Below, one piece after another: positions 1 to 9,325 of a stretch of DNA of 64,000 bases. The DNA comes from Andalucia godoyi And28. Its lineage: Eukaryota; Protista; Jakobida. A program made the position numbers and the translations under genes. The notes beneath the pieces are model-generated. The model was not told the origin of the DNA, did no database searches, and saw only the letters and a list, made by a program, of their open reading frames with translations. Location: the NCBI GenBank assembly GCA_009859145.1, contig VRVR01000048.1:165763-229762 (forward strand), given 5' to 3'. How positions within the stretch are numbered: the first letter of the stretch is position 1; each line of letters starts with the position of its first letter.

Positions 1-126
1 TCGTCAGGACTGACCCTCGTGTGCTTGGTCATCCAGATTGCCGCTATGATCTGGTATGCTCTGTCGTACGTACCGTTCGGGCGGCAACTCTGCACCATGT
101 GCTGTGAAAACGCAATGGACATCTAA
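1..126 (+). CDS. SFT2: 3' end of Got1/Sft2-family vesicle transport protein (truncated by window start)
   Basis: Frame 1 reads SSGLTLVCLVIQIAAMIWYALSYVPFGRQLCTMCCENAMDI* (TAA 124-126); WYALSYVPF matches the Sft2 C-terminal WYxLSYIPF motif. Confidence 0.8.
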   Translation, partial: SSGLTLVCLVIQIAAMIWYALSYVPFGRQLCTMCCENAMDI

Positions 127-295
127 TTTATGCAAAACTCTTTTTCTTTTTAATTCTTCATAATAAATACTGGTATATGTATATTAAACAAGCCAACTTC
201 GGTGCCAAGAAATCGTTTTCGGACGTCGTCGTTCGGTCCTTTCCGTTCTAAGAATGTTCGGTGTGACAACAGCCCCCCTCCCCCCGCGCCACTTT

Positions 296-2773
296 CTATG
301 CGAGAAGAGAAGAATCCGTCTTGATCGGCGTCTGGGGTTCCAGAGCATACATGGAAGACTCCGGAGTGCCGCCTTGCGCGCTGTTGGGGGTTTCAACATC
401 GGCACCGATCTTCTGGCTTGAAGAGAGCAGCTGCAACCCGTCATCCCCGTCTGTTGCAGTTGCTTCATCAACGGCGATGAATTCCTTGTCGGACTTCTCC
501 TCGGTGTCTGTGATGCTTCCCGTTTCTGCAAATGAAGAGCGATTAAACCCGGGAATGTACGCAGAGTCCACACTAGACAACAGGCTCAGCTGGCCGGACG
601 CACCATCCCCAAGTTGGCGGTGCTGATGACGGCCGTTCGGCGTCGAAAAAGACTCTCCAAGAGCAACAGAGTCTCGTTCTATGCGGCCATACTCGCCTTC
701 CTCGGCGTGTTGTTGGCTGTCGCAGCCAATCAGCCAGTACGTGCGCACGGTCCCTTTTCCCTTGACAGCAACCTCGCCACGCAGCTCAACATTCCAGCCA
801 CGTTGCTCCAGTGCTATTGCGGCGTCTTGGGACAGCTGCACCCGGCCTGCGGAGCCGGTGGACTCCATGCGCGATGCGAAGTTGCACGCATCTCCAAAGA
901 CATCCAGCATGGGCTTGTTCCTTGAGAGCACCGCGCCCATGACGTGTCCAATGTGCATTCCTACGCGAATCGCAATGCATGTTCCGTGCCGCTCATTGTA
1001 TCGTTGGATATCATGAATCACAGCCAGTGCAAACCTCGCCATTGCACTGATATCATGCTCCCTAGAAATGCCCTTCAAACACGCGGCCATGTACGCATCA
1101 CCAATGGTCTTGATCTTTTCGACCCCAAATTCCTCCGCACGATCGTCAAACATTCCAAAAATCTCTGCAAGCATCTGGGTCACTTCGTGAGGGGCCATTT
1201 TGGATGATAGGGAAGTGAATCCAACCATATCCGTGAACAAGATTGTGGAGTTTTCCAGGCGCTCCGAGATTGTATCGACAGTGGGATCCTTAAGCATGCG
1301 CTCGGCAACCCTTGTCGGTAGAGTGGTCGAAAGAAGTGCAGCCATTGCTCTTGCTTGCTCTGCACGCTTCCGGTTTGAAATGTCTCTGACAATCGCTGCA
1401 AAGATGCGCGACGATTGCCCTGTTCCAATTGAGATGTCTGAGAGCGTAAGTTCGCACGGAATGAACGATCCGTCTGCTTTCTTGACGTCTCGTTCCCACG
1501 CACCCTTTCCAATTCTCAGAGCAACCCCTGTGTCCAAGTAGCGCTGCACATAGGACGCGTGGGACTTTGCCAAGTCATCGTCCATGAGCACGCTCACGTT
1601 CTGACCGACCAACGAATCAACCGAGTCGTAACCCAGCATCCGCACGCCCGCTGGATTGATACTCAAGATCACCGAGTTGGCGTCCATAGTGATGATCGCA
1701 TCCGATGCAGCCTCGAAAATCGCCCGAGCACGGACTGCGGTCGCTCGCGAGTTCGTCACATCCTCAATCACCAAGCATGCACACATGTTTCCTTGAACAT
1801 CAATGCGGGACACGTGCACCTCGGCAAGAAACTCGCTACCGTCTTTTTTCGTCCCGGAAACCTCCATTGTTTTCGTCCCCAAATTCTCTTCCTCGACTTC
1901 CTTCTCTGCATGTTTCACTTGCTCTGAACCCGAAGAGGGCGACGCGTTGACGTGCAGCCCAGTCGCCGCTGCATCTGCATGCAAATGTCTGGGATACAGA
2001 TCTCCCATAAGCTCGGAAAGTGGTTTTCCAATCACATTGTCGATCTTTGCACCCAAACACTCGCTCTCCGAATACCCCGTGATTCTTGTGATGGCGTGAT
2101 TGACCGTCTGAATCCTCGACGAGACCGTGTCCACAACCACGATTCCATTGGGCGATGCGTCCAGTACTGCTTTTGCTCGTGCTTCTGACGCAATAACATC
2201 TTCCCTGACCTTTGTGACCTGTGCGTTGTCTCTTACAATGCCCGTGAAATACGACTCACCATTAACGATTGTTTCCGACACACTTAATGCAATCGGCACC
2301 AATTCTCCGTCTTTTGTCACGCCCGTGACCTCCCGTGTGCGTCCGACGACACGCTTCACACCCGTCTGGAGGTATCTCTGCAGATACCCATTGTGCCGTG
2401 ATCTGTGCGGCTCCGGGCACAGCATCGAGATGTTCTGCGACACAAGCTCCTCCACAGCATATCCAAAAAACCGCATCGTTGCCTTGTTTGCATTCAAAAT
2501 CACGCCTTCCTGGCTAATCACAATCACTGCATCCGGCAGGTCGTCAAGCAAATGCGAGTCCGTGTCCGGCGACACGCTGAAGGAAGACCCCGTCGACAGC
2601 TTGGATCGGTTCCGAGGAATCGATCCACCTCTACTATCTCCATCGCTCAGAACCACCGAGTCACTCCGACCACCACCTCCACTTCCTCCACTTCCTCCAC
2701 CTCCCGCAGACGCTCCACCTTCTCTCGTCGAACTTGGCTCCGCCACAGCCTGCTTCGAGCCACACGCACCCAT
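296..2773 (-). CDS. Soluble triple-PAS class III adenylyl cyclase, N-acylated, with FixL-like heme-PAS domains
   Basis: 871-aa ORF; likely ATG 2773 (MGACGS, myristoylation/palmitoylation-like). Three PAS repeats, then cyclase motifs ILFTDMVGF, KIKTIGDAYM, IRVGMHIG, DVFGDACNFASRMES. The K...D pair implies ATP specificity. Confidence 0.9.
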   Translation of the reverse strand: MGACGSKQAVAEPSSTREGGASAGGGGSGGSGGGGRSDSVVLSDGDSRGGSIPRNRSKLSTGSSFSVSPDTDSHLLDDLPDAVIVISQEGVILNANKATMRFFGYAVEELVSQNISMLCPEPHRSRHNGYLQRYLQTGVKRVVGRTREVTGVTKDGELVPIALSVSETIVNGESYFTGIVRDNAQVTKVREDVIASEARAKAVLDASPNGIVVVDTVSSRIQTVNHAITRITGYSESECLGAKIDNVIGKPLSELMGDLYPRHLHADAAATGLHVNASPSSGSEQVKHAEKEVEEENLGTKTMEVSGTKKDGSEFLAEVHVSRIDVQGNMCACLVIEDVTNSRATAVRARAIFEAASDAIITMDANSVILSINPAGVRMLGYDSVDSLVGQNVSVLMDDDLAKSHASYVQRYLDTGVALRIGKGAWERDVKKADGSFIPCELTLSDISIGTGQSSRIFAAIVRDISNRKRAEQARAMAALLSTTLPTRVAERMLKDPTVDTISERLENSTILFTDMVGFTSLSSKMAPHEVTQMLAEIFGMFDDRAEEFGVEKIKTIGDAYMAACLKGISREHDISAMARFALAVIHDIQRYNERHGTCIAIRVGMHIGHVMGAVLSRNKPMLDVFGDACNFASRMESTGSAGRVQLSQDAAIALEQRGWNVELRGEVAVKGKGTVRTYWLIGCDSQQHAEEGEYGRIERDSVALGESFSTPNGRHQHRQLGDGASGQLSLLSSVDSAYIPGFNRSSFAETGSITDTEEKSDKEFIAVDEATATDGDDGLQLLSSSQKIGADVETPNSAQGGTPESSMYALEPQTPIKTDSSLLA

Positions 2774-3107
2774 GCCTTTCTCCACTACCTCTCTAAACAA
2801 ATGTATATGAAATAAATAAAGACTGCGGATTCGATGGACGAAAGGAAAACAAACAAACAAAACAATACAAAAAGACGAAATATCGATGACAGAACGACTC
2901 TCAACGCTCAAGAATGAATGAAATTAGACAAGTAAAGCATGCTTTTGTACTTTTAATAGAAAAGGAAAATGATCCGAGAAAAAAAAAGCCGAAAAGAAAA
3001 AGTACGACTGGCAGTTTTGTACGTAGTGAAGTCTAGAATTTCTTCATTCTTCACATTCCTCCAACGTTCAGTTTTTTGAATGTTGAATTGATTGGAGAAA
3101 TGTGTTG

Positions 3108-3212
3108 GGTGCGATGACCCTTTGACTGCAGAGTTGGTGCTCGACCCAAATTGGATCTGTCTTTGGTGACAGCTTGACCGATGATGATCAAGAATGATTT
3201 CATGTTTTTGGC
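3108..3212 (+). repeat. Dispersed repeat, copy 1 (homologous to 53468-53616 on the minus strand)
   Basis: 3151-3187 matches the reverse complement of 53492-53528 at 34/37 nt; the flanking blocks (TGCGAYGACCCTYTGA and GAGTTGGTGCTC) also align. Confidence 0.8.
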
Positions 3213-3436
3213 AAGCGGGGAATTCTATGTTTTATTTTTGCCTTTCATGCACGGATCAGCACAGTACAAGGAGACTCAAGCGCGAAAAGTCGTGTCTCGG
3301 GAAAATACGCGAGAGAGTTTGGAATAGGTGGAATAGGTTACCAAAGCCAAATCCATCAACAATAAAATATTCAACAACAACAGCAGCAGCAGCAACAACA
3401 ACAACAAAGGGAATGAATCAAAACAAACAAACCAAA

Positions 3437-4333
3437 TTAGGATTCTTTGACGGTGACTGCGGTTCGCATGGACTTGAAGCGGTACGGAGTTGTCCACTTC
3501 AGGTTATCGGCATGGAGTCGGTGATCCCATTCTCTTGACTTTTGCTCTTGAAGTTCGAGGGGGTCGGAGGACCGGAATGGGGCAGGGTTGATGGGTTGAG
3601 GGGCGGCAGAAGGCACCTTCCATTCCTTTTTGGGAGGAGCGGAGGTCGGGGCGCCGACGCCAAGGGATCGGGAGTTGGCGGGAGTGCTGAGGCTGCGAAT
3701 GCCATGGAGGCGGGGTTTGTGGCTGGATGGGGATAGCGGCTTGACGGACGGTTCAAACAAGCGGGCTTGTTTGCCGGCGGTCGACTGGTAGGAAAACTCC
3801 CGGTTATGGTGCAGCGATCGGACAATTTGCCGGTGTTGCGCAAGTTGGCGGCGGGCAGCTTCTTCCACCGCAGCCTGTTTGGGCGACAAGAAGGCAACCG
3901 GGACCGTTTTAGGAGCCGTGAACGACCGCGCGGCAGCCGAAGCTGAGGACGGTCGGGAATTTTCCGTCTTGAAAAGGCGGCGATCCGGAAGCGGGCCTTG
4001 CGGAATATATCCATATGCAGAAGTGCTGTGTATTCCCTTTTGGGTAGTGGGTGACGACGCGCTGACAAATCCACGCGCTGTCACAAACCTCTTCCGGTCG
4101 TCCGCTCGCCGTTGTTCGTCTCCCGCTGTCCGCCCCGCAGTGTACGGAACATTGACGTTGATCGATGCATGCCAAAGTTGGATTGGCGGAACCCCCGCCT
4201 TGAACGGCTTTCCGTCACGCCCATGCTGCGACGGGCTGTTCTCCTGGCTCGGCACTCCATGAGGCCCCACATACCCAAACAAGCCGTACAAGTCCATATC
4301 GCTCTTTCTCTGTAATTGTGCCTCCATCGTCAT
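3437..4333 (-). CDS. Hypothetical basic, Pro/Ser-rich protein (298 aa)
   Basis: ATG-initiated ORF with purine-rich 5' flank and (CAA/CAG)n AT-rich 3' flank; no recognisable domain. Confidence 0.7.
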   Translation of the reverse strand: MTMEAQLQRKSDMDLYGLFGYVGPHGVPSQENSPSQHGRDGKPFKAGVPPIQLWHASINVNVPYTAGRTAGDEQRRADDRKRFVTARGFVSASSPTTQKGIHSTSAYGYIPQGPLPDRRLFKTENSRPSSASAAARSFTAPKTVPVAFLSPKQAAVEEAARRQLAQHRQIVRSLHHNREFSYQSTAGKQARLFEPSVKPLSPSSHKPRLHGIRSLSTPANSRSLGVGAPTSAPPKKEWKVPSAAPQPINPAPFRSSDPLELQEQKSREWDHRLHADNLKWTTPYRFKSMRTAVTVKES

Positions 4334-4816
4334 TTCTCTCGTACTTCCAAATTCTCTCCGGTTCCTTTTCTTCTTCTCTTTCTTGGATGGTGTTTCTTCA
4401 GCACTATGCGTGTGTTGTAATGCAATTTCAGCTGCGAATTCTCTTTCTCCTCCTTTCTATTACAAACTCGACAACTCTTTTCTTCTTTCTTTTCTGATTG
4501 GTGAAATGAAACCGCAAAACTAAGAGAACATAAACAGAAGAAAGACGAAAAAGGAAAGGAAAGGAAAAAACAAAACACACAGAGTCCAAAGCTGTTGGTT
4601 GCTTTTTTTTTTGGTTTTTTTAGCGGTGCTCCCCAAACTCCCATCCAACGGTTGTCTCAAGTGATGCTGGATGCACCACCCCCCTGGCTTTTCCTGCCAG
4701 ATGAAGGGGTCGAGCGGGCAACTACAGCAGCAGCAATCAGCAAGTACTGTAACACAAGGGCATCGAGTATTTTGTCATGTTTCCGACCCACAAACCCGCA
4801 CCAGAGCCAACGGAAA

Positions 4817-4875
4817 AGAGAGAGAGAGAGAGAGAGAGAGGGGAGACGAAAGAAGAGAGAGAGAGAGAGAGAGAG
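4817..4875. repeat. (GA)n microsatellite
   Basis: Two (AG)n runs visible directly. Confidence 0.9.
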
Positions 4876-4916
4876 GGAAGCAATGAAACGATACGTCATC
4901 GCCGACGGAGGATCGG

Positions 4917-6032
4917 TTAAGAAGGAGGGTAGCTTTCGGCGCCGAGAAATTCGGCAAGGAAGCCGTTGCGGTCTGCGGCAGCATGGACGGTCGCTAGGGC
5001 TGCGGCGGCGACCCGCGCCTTTGCAGCCTCTGCGTCCTTTCGGATGAGCTTGACGGCGATGACGGCGGCTCTCGTGGCAGAGGCGACAGCAATGGAAAAG
5101 AGAGAAGCTGCAAGCGGCCCGCCAATGGGGAAGGACAGCAAAACCGAGCGCATGAGCCGCGCGGCAATCGATGCAGCGATCGCGATCGAGAGTCCCGAGG
5201 TGGAGTCGCGGACCCGGTCGCACGAATTGCTGCATCGCGACACGACATGGACAATGACGGACATCACAAAGAACCGCAACACCGCCAGCGCGAGGTCCAG
5301 CAGCGCCACTGCCGTCGATGCTGCAGTTCCCAGCGCATCCTCCGCCCGCTCCAGAAGGTCCGAAATCGATGCCACGGACGACATGGCACCTGCGGCTGAC
5401 GATGCTGGTTGCACCACCGCTGCCGCTGGTGAGGCAGAGAGCATCGCAGGAGTCGATTCCCAGATCCACGACCACCATCCCGACACATTCCTGCTGCCAT
5501 TGTTACTGCCATTGGTATAGCCATTCTTCAAGCTGCTGCAGCTGTAGGAGCTGTTGTTGCCATTCAAGGCGGCCAGTGGATGATGAGGAAGACTACAGTC
5601 GCCGTCAGCAAGATGCGCACGATGAGACTGCACGACGGCCGTGATGCGGCTCCACAGATCCGCGAACGAAATGGCAGGCGGGGTCGCGGCAGTCGGGAAT
5701 TCTCCTCGAAATGGAATGCTTGATGTGAGCGATGTGTCCGGCCACAGCTGCCGAAGGACCGAAACTGCCGCCGTACTCTGGCTCCTCGTTTTACTCTTGC
5801 CGTCGCCGCTACGGCCGCTGCTGCCATTCGCACTCGCCGTGGAGGCCGTGGTGGAGGCCGTGGTGGTGGTCGTCGTCGCTGAGGTTGTCGACATCTGCAT
5901 CAGAGGGGATGGACTGGATTGCGGCAGCGCATCTGGCCCCGCATTGGAAAACGGAGCAGCGGCCGTAGAAGCATCCAGATCGGTTGGGACCAGGTGCCGC
6001 AGCACACTTGCCAATCGCCAAACACCGCTCAT
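4917..6032 (-). CDS. Hypothetical protein (~371 aa) with Ser/Thr low-complexity N-half and Ala-rich hydrophobic C-terminal helices
   Basis: Long ORF; first ATG at 6032 (MSGVWRLASVLRHL), preceded by a pyrimidine-rich leader; no family recognised. Confidence 0.6.
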   Translation of the reverse strand: MSGVWRLASVLRHLVPTDLDASTAAAPFSNAGPDALPQSSPSPLMQMSTTSATTTTTTASTTASTASANGSSGRSGDGKSKTRSQSTAAVSVLRQLWPDTSLTSSIPFRGEFPTAATPPAISFADLWSRITAVVQSHRAHLADGDCSLPHHPLAALNGNNSSYSCSSLKNGYTNGSNNGSRNVSGWWSWIWESTPAMLSASPAAAVVQPASSAAGAMSSVASISDLLERAEDALGTAASTAVALLDLALAVLRFFVMSVIVHVVSRCSNSCDRVRDSTSGLSIAIAASIAARLMRSVLLSFPIGGPLAASLFSIAVASATRAAVIAVKLIRKDAEAAKARVAAAALATVHAAADRNGFLAEFLGAESYPPS

Positions 6033-6302
6033 TGCCCTTCCCGCCCTGTAGTGCCTCTGATTCTGCACATCACCAGAAAAAAAGAAGACGACGAAGAAAA
6101 AAATAAATAATAATAATGAAAATAAGAAAGAAAGAGGAAAGAAACAAACCAAACCAAAACAAAAAGAGGTTCAATTGGATGCTGCAATCGTGTGCTTCTG
6201 TCGACTGTAGAGCGTCGCTAAAAATCATTATTTATGTATATATTTTTTTACAGTAGATGGTGAGGAGTGATACTGTGAACGAGTGGAGTATCATGGAGGG
6301 TG

Positions 6303-8777
6303 CTATTCGACGCGGGTCTTGCGGTGCTGGAGCCAGAGGATGGCAAAGGCAGCCAGTCTGAGGGTGGTGCCGATTGCAAAGGCTGCGGCGATGTCGATGA
6401 GCTGTTGGCTGTGCTCTTGTTTGAATCCGACATTTGCGAGGCTTTGGCTGACATCGGAGCCCTGGGCGGCGTAGGACTGGACCTCGTGGACAAAGAGGAA
6501 CTCTCCAGTCCATCTCTGGAAGGACAGGCACCAGAGTGCGTAGAGGGGAGGAAACCGTTTAATCTGAGCGAGCGGAGGGTGGGTTCCGGCGCACACGGCA
6601 AGGATGACGGCACAGACGACGCCGACGATAGTTGTGCTGGACCGACGGACAAGCAACGAGACGAGGTATCCGACGCCGTACGCGCAGTAGTCGACGAGGA
6701 GACAAACGGCAAGGTATCCTGCAAAAGAAGCGTGTGGATCGAGGAACATGTAGAGCAAAGCAGCAAACAGCACGGCGTTGAAAACGAGAAACGGGATGTC
6801 AAGGAGCGTTTTGGCGATCACGTATGCGCTGCAGCGGACACGGGACGAGGCGGCTTCGCGGCGATATACGAGAATCTCGTCTCCAAAGGTCGACAATGAG
6901 GAGATGATGCCGCAGCCACCAAGAATCATCAGCACGAAAAAAATAATGTTCTCCAGCACACTCTGCTGCAGCGCATCGTGCATGCAGCGCTCGCGGATGA
7001 TCAACGGACACTTTTGGGCTTCGGACTCGGATACGGGCGGCGTGTAGAGCTGGAAGCCGCGGCTCGACGAAAACACGGATCCAAGACTAGCACCTGCCAA
7101 GACATGCATACTCGTGCTGATCACCAGCGACACTGTGTCTCGACTCTTCTGGATCGCTGCTCGGCGTCCAAACGCCACCATTTGACCAAAAAAGCTTCCA
7201 CTTGTCGTGCTCGTGCTGCTCGCTTTCATCACATCATGTGACGCAGCAGGTGGTGACTTGATGGTCACGTCGAGCGGAAATGCGGGGAAAAGGGGGGCTG
7301 TGGCGAGAACATCGAGGAAGAAGTCGGATGGGTTGCATCGATGTGGAATGTTGTAACCGAGAGTGGCGGTAAAGTACGCTAGTGACTCGCTGGCGGGACC
7401 AAAGTAAGCAGTGCGGCCCTTCTTGGCAAGTAGCAACACGGCATCGAGCATCTCGAAGATTTCAAATCGCGGCTGATGCAGCACTGCGACTACTGTTGTC
7501 TGCTTCCTACACCAGCCTTTACGCGGCGGCGACGACGACGACGACGAAGCGATTCTGCAGAGACACGCGATGATTTCCTTGGCGACCGTCGCGTCCAGTC
7601 CGGTGGTCGGTTCGTCGAGAATGAGGAGCGCAGGCTGCGCAACAAGCGCAATACCGATGCACACACGCTTCCGTTCGCCACCCGAGATCCCACGGTTCTC
7701 TGCATCTCCAACGACCGCATGGCGAACATCATACAATCCCAAGATCCGCAGGACGTTCGTCACCAGCATCTCCAGCCTCTGCGCATTGTGCACCTTTTTC
7801 GACTGTGACTGCGACTGCGACTGTGACTGTGACAGTGTTGGCGGAGATGACTGGGTGCGAGCCGCGTGCAAAAGGGTTTCCTTGACAGTGAGACAAGGGA
7901 TGAGGATGTCGGTTTGGGGCACGTACGAGATGGATCGACGATGGCTTGCGAGCGTTGTGGCGGATCCGTTGACGACGATTGAACCGCGAGAGACGCTGAC
8001 GGTTCCAAGAAGCGCGTTCAACAGCGTCGTTTTGCCACAGCCGGATGGCCCAAGAATCCCCGTACACTTCCCAGGCGCAAAGCGGCCGCTCGCACTCTCA
8101 ATCAGCACGCTCGATCCCAACCGACACTCTATCCCTTGAAACACCACATCAAGGCCACAGTCAATGCAATCCCCTCCAACTTCGTCATTCGCATCACCAA
8201 TCTCACAGTCCTCGTCCTCGGCATTGTCATTGTCATTGTCAAAGCCATGGTCATTATTTTCGCAAATGCTTCGAGCCGGATCTTGAATTTCCAAAATGTC
8301 GTCTGTTTGAACATGGGACTGAGAATGCGTGTGAGAGCGGTGGTGCGAACTGCGGCGGCGCTGGTTGCGTGCTTCTCGGCGAAGGTCTCGAATGGAGCGA
8401 AAGGCAAGAAATGCAAGAACAGCCGCGAAAAACGTGATGAACACGATTGCGAACGCGAGATAGAAGACCTGGTGTTCAGAGCCAGAAGGACAGTACGCAA
8501 GAAGCTGGCACTTGACAGGCTGCGCGGTGCCTTTTGGGCAAAAGTAACCTTGGGGACATCGCATTGGCGGCGTCGTAGGGGTTGGGCAGTACCATCCAGC
8601 CGGACACATGTGGGGGACTTGTCCGGAAAGTAAGGATCCGTACGCATCGATTGTGTACCCGGGGCAAAAGTATCCTTCGGTGCACAGCTCGTTGGTGTTG
8701 CAGATCTGCTGCTCCAGGCAGTCCAGTCCGCCAGGACAATTGTAAGACATGTTGACAGCTCGATTTGCTTCTCCCAC
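6303..8777 (-). CDS. ABCG (white-type) half transporter with N-terminal Cys-rich repeats
   Basis: Walker A GPSGCGKTT, signature ISGGERKRV, Walker B LLILDEPT and C-terminal ABC-2 TM helices. N-terminal CPxGYF/WCP repeats are followed by one TM. 5' end uncertain (ORF-track GTG at 8777; first ATG 8750). Confidence 0.9.
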   Translation of the reverse strand: MGEANRAVNMSYNCPGGLDCLEQQICNTNELCTEGYFCPGYTIDAYGSLLSGQVPHMCPAGWYCPTPTTPPMRCPQGYFCPKGTAQPVKCQLLAYCPSGSEHQVFYLAFAIVFITFFAAVLAFLAFRSIRDLRREARNQRRRSSHHRSHTHSQSHVQTDDILEIQDPARSICENNDHGFDNDNDNAEDEDCEIGDANDEVGGDCIDCGLDVVFQGIECRLGSSVLIESASGRFAPGKCTGILGPSGCGKTTLLNALLGTVSVSRGSIVVNGSATTLASHRRSISYVPQTDILIPCLTVKETLLHAARTQSSPPTLSQSQSQSQSQSKKVHNAQRLEMLVTNVLRILGLYDVRHAVVGDAENRGISGGERKRVCIGIALVAQPALLILDEPTTGLDATVAKEIIACLCRIASSSSSSPPRKGWCRKQTTVVAVLHQPRFEIFEMLDAVLLLAKKGRTAYFGPASESLAYFTATLGYNIPHRCNPSDFFLDVLATAPLFPAFPLDVTIKSPPAASHDVMKASSTSTTSGSFFGQMVAFGRRAAIQKSRDTVSLVISTSMHVLAGASLGSVFSSSRGFQLYTPPVSESEAQKCPLIIRERCMHDALQQSVLENIIFFVLMILGGCGIISSLSTFGDEILVYRREAASSRVRCSAYVIAKTLLDIPFLVFNAVLFAALLYMFLDPHASFAGYLAVCLLVDYCAYGVGYLVSLLVRRSSTTIVGVVCAVILAVCAGTHPPLAQIKRFPPLYALWCLSFQRWTGEFLFVHEVQSYAAQGSDVSQSLANVGFKQEHSQQLIDIAAAFAIGTTLRLAAFAILWLQHRKTRVE

Positions 8778-9325
8778 CGTCTACTGCCCTGGTACCCTAT
8801 CTAGGATACATCAACAGCGTAATAGGAACTACGGAGCAACCACACCGTTTCAAATCTTCTTGCGTCCTGCAGGAAAGGGTTTCAAATCGCTCTGCGGAGA
8901 CCAAAAATAAATACTACTACTACTAATAATAATAAATCGGCGAAGCCCTGGCAAATCTGAGATTTTTTGAAGAGTTGAAACAGCGAATACAGCCGTCGAG
9001 CAGCGGGCATTCCACAGCGGTGTGTGTTGATGGGCGGTTTGCTTGCACAGTACGAACCGAACCTTCGGACACCACCTCACGAACTCGCCAGCCAACTCCA
9101 GCAACGGACCTGCGTCGTCCCTTTTCGCATGCCAAAAACGCAGAAACGAGTCGGAGAGCAGGAGCAGGAGAGACAGATAGAGAGTGCAAGGGGTAGTATT
9201 ACGCAGTACTGATAAGAGAAGAGGGAGAGCCGAGAAGGATACTGTACATACGGGGCCAGAGAGGTACTGGTACGAGGTGTGGTGCGGTGGACTTGCGAAA
9301 CCGGAAGACGTGTACATGCGCATGA

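Noticed and set aside
4657-5478. 273-aa alternative-frame ORF overlapping the 4917-6032 gene
   Set aside because: GTG start, runs through a (GA)n microsatellite (LSLSLS) and has no domain; a GC-rich frame artefact.
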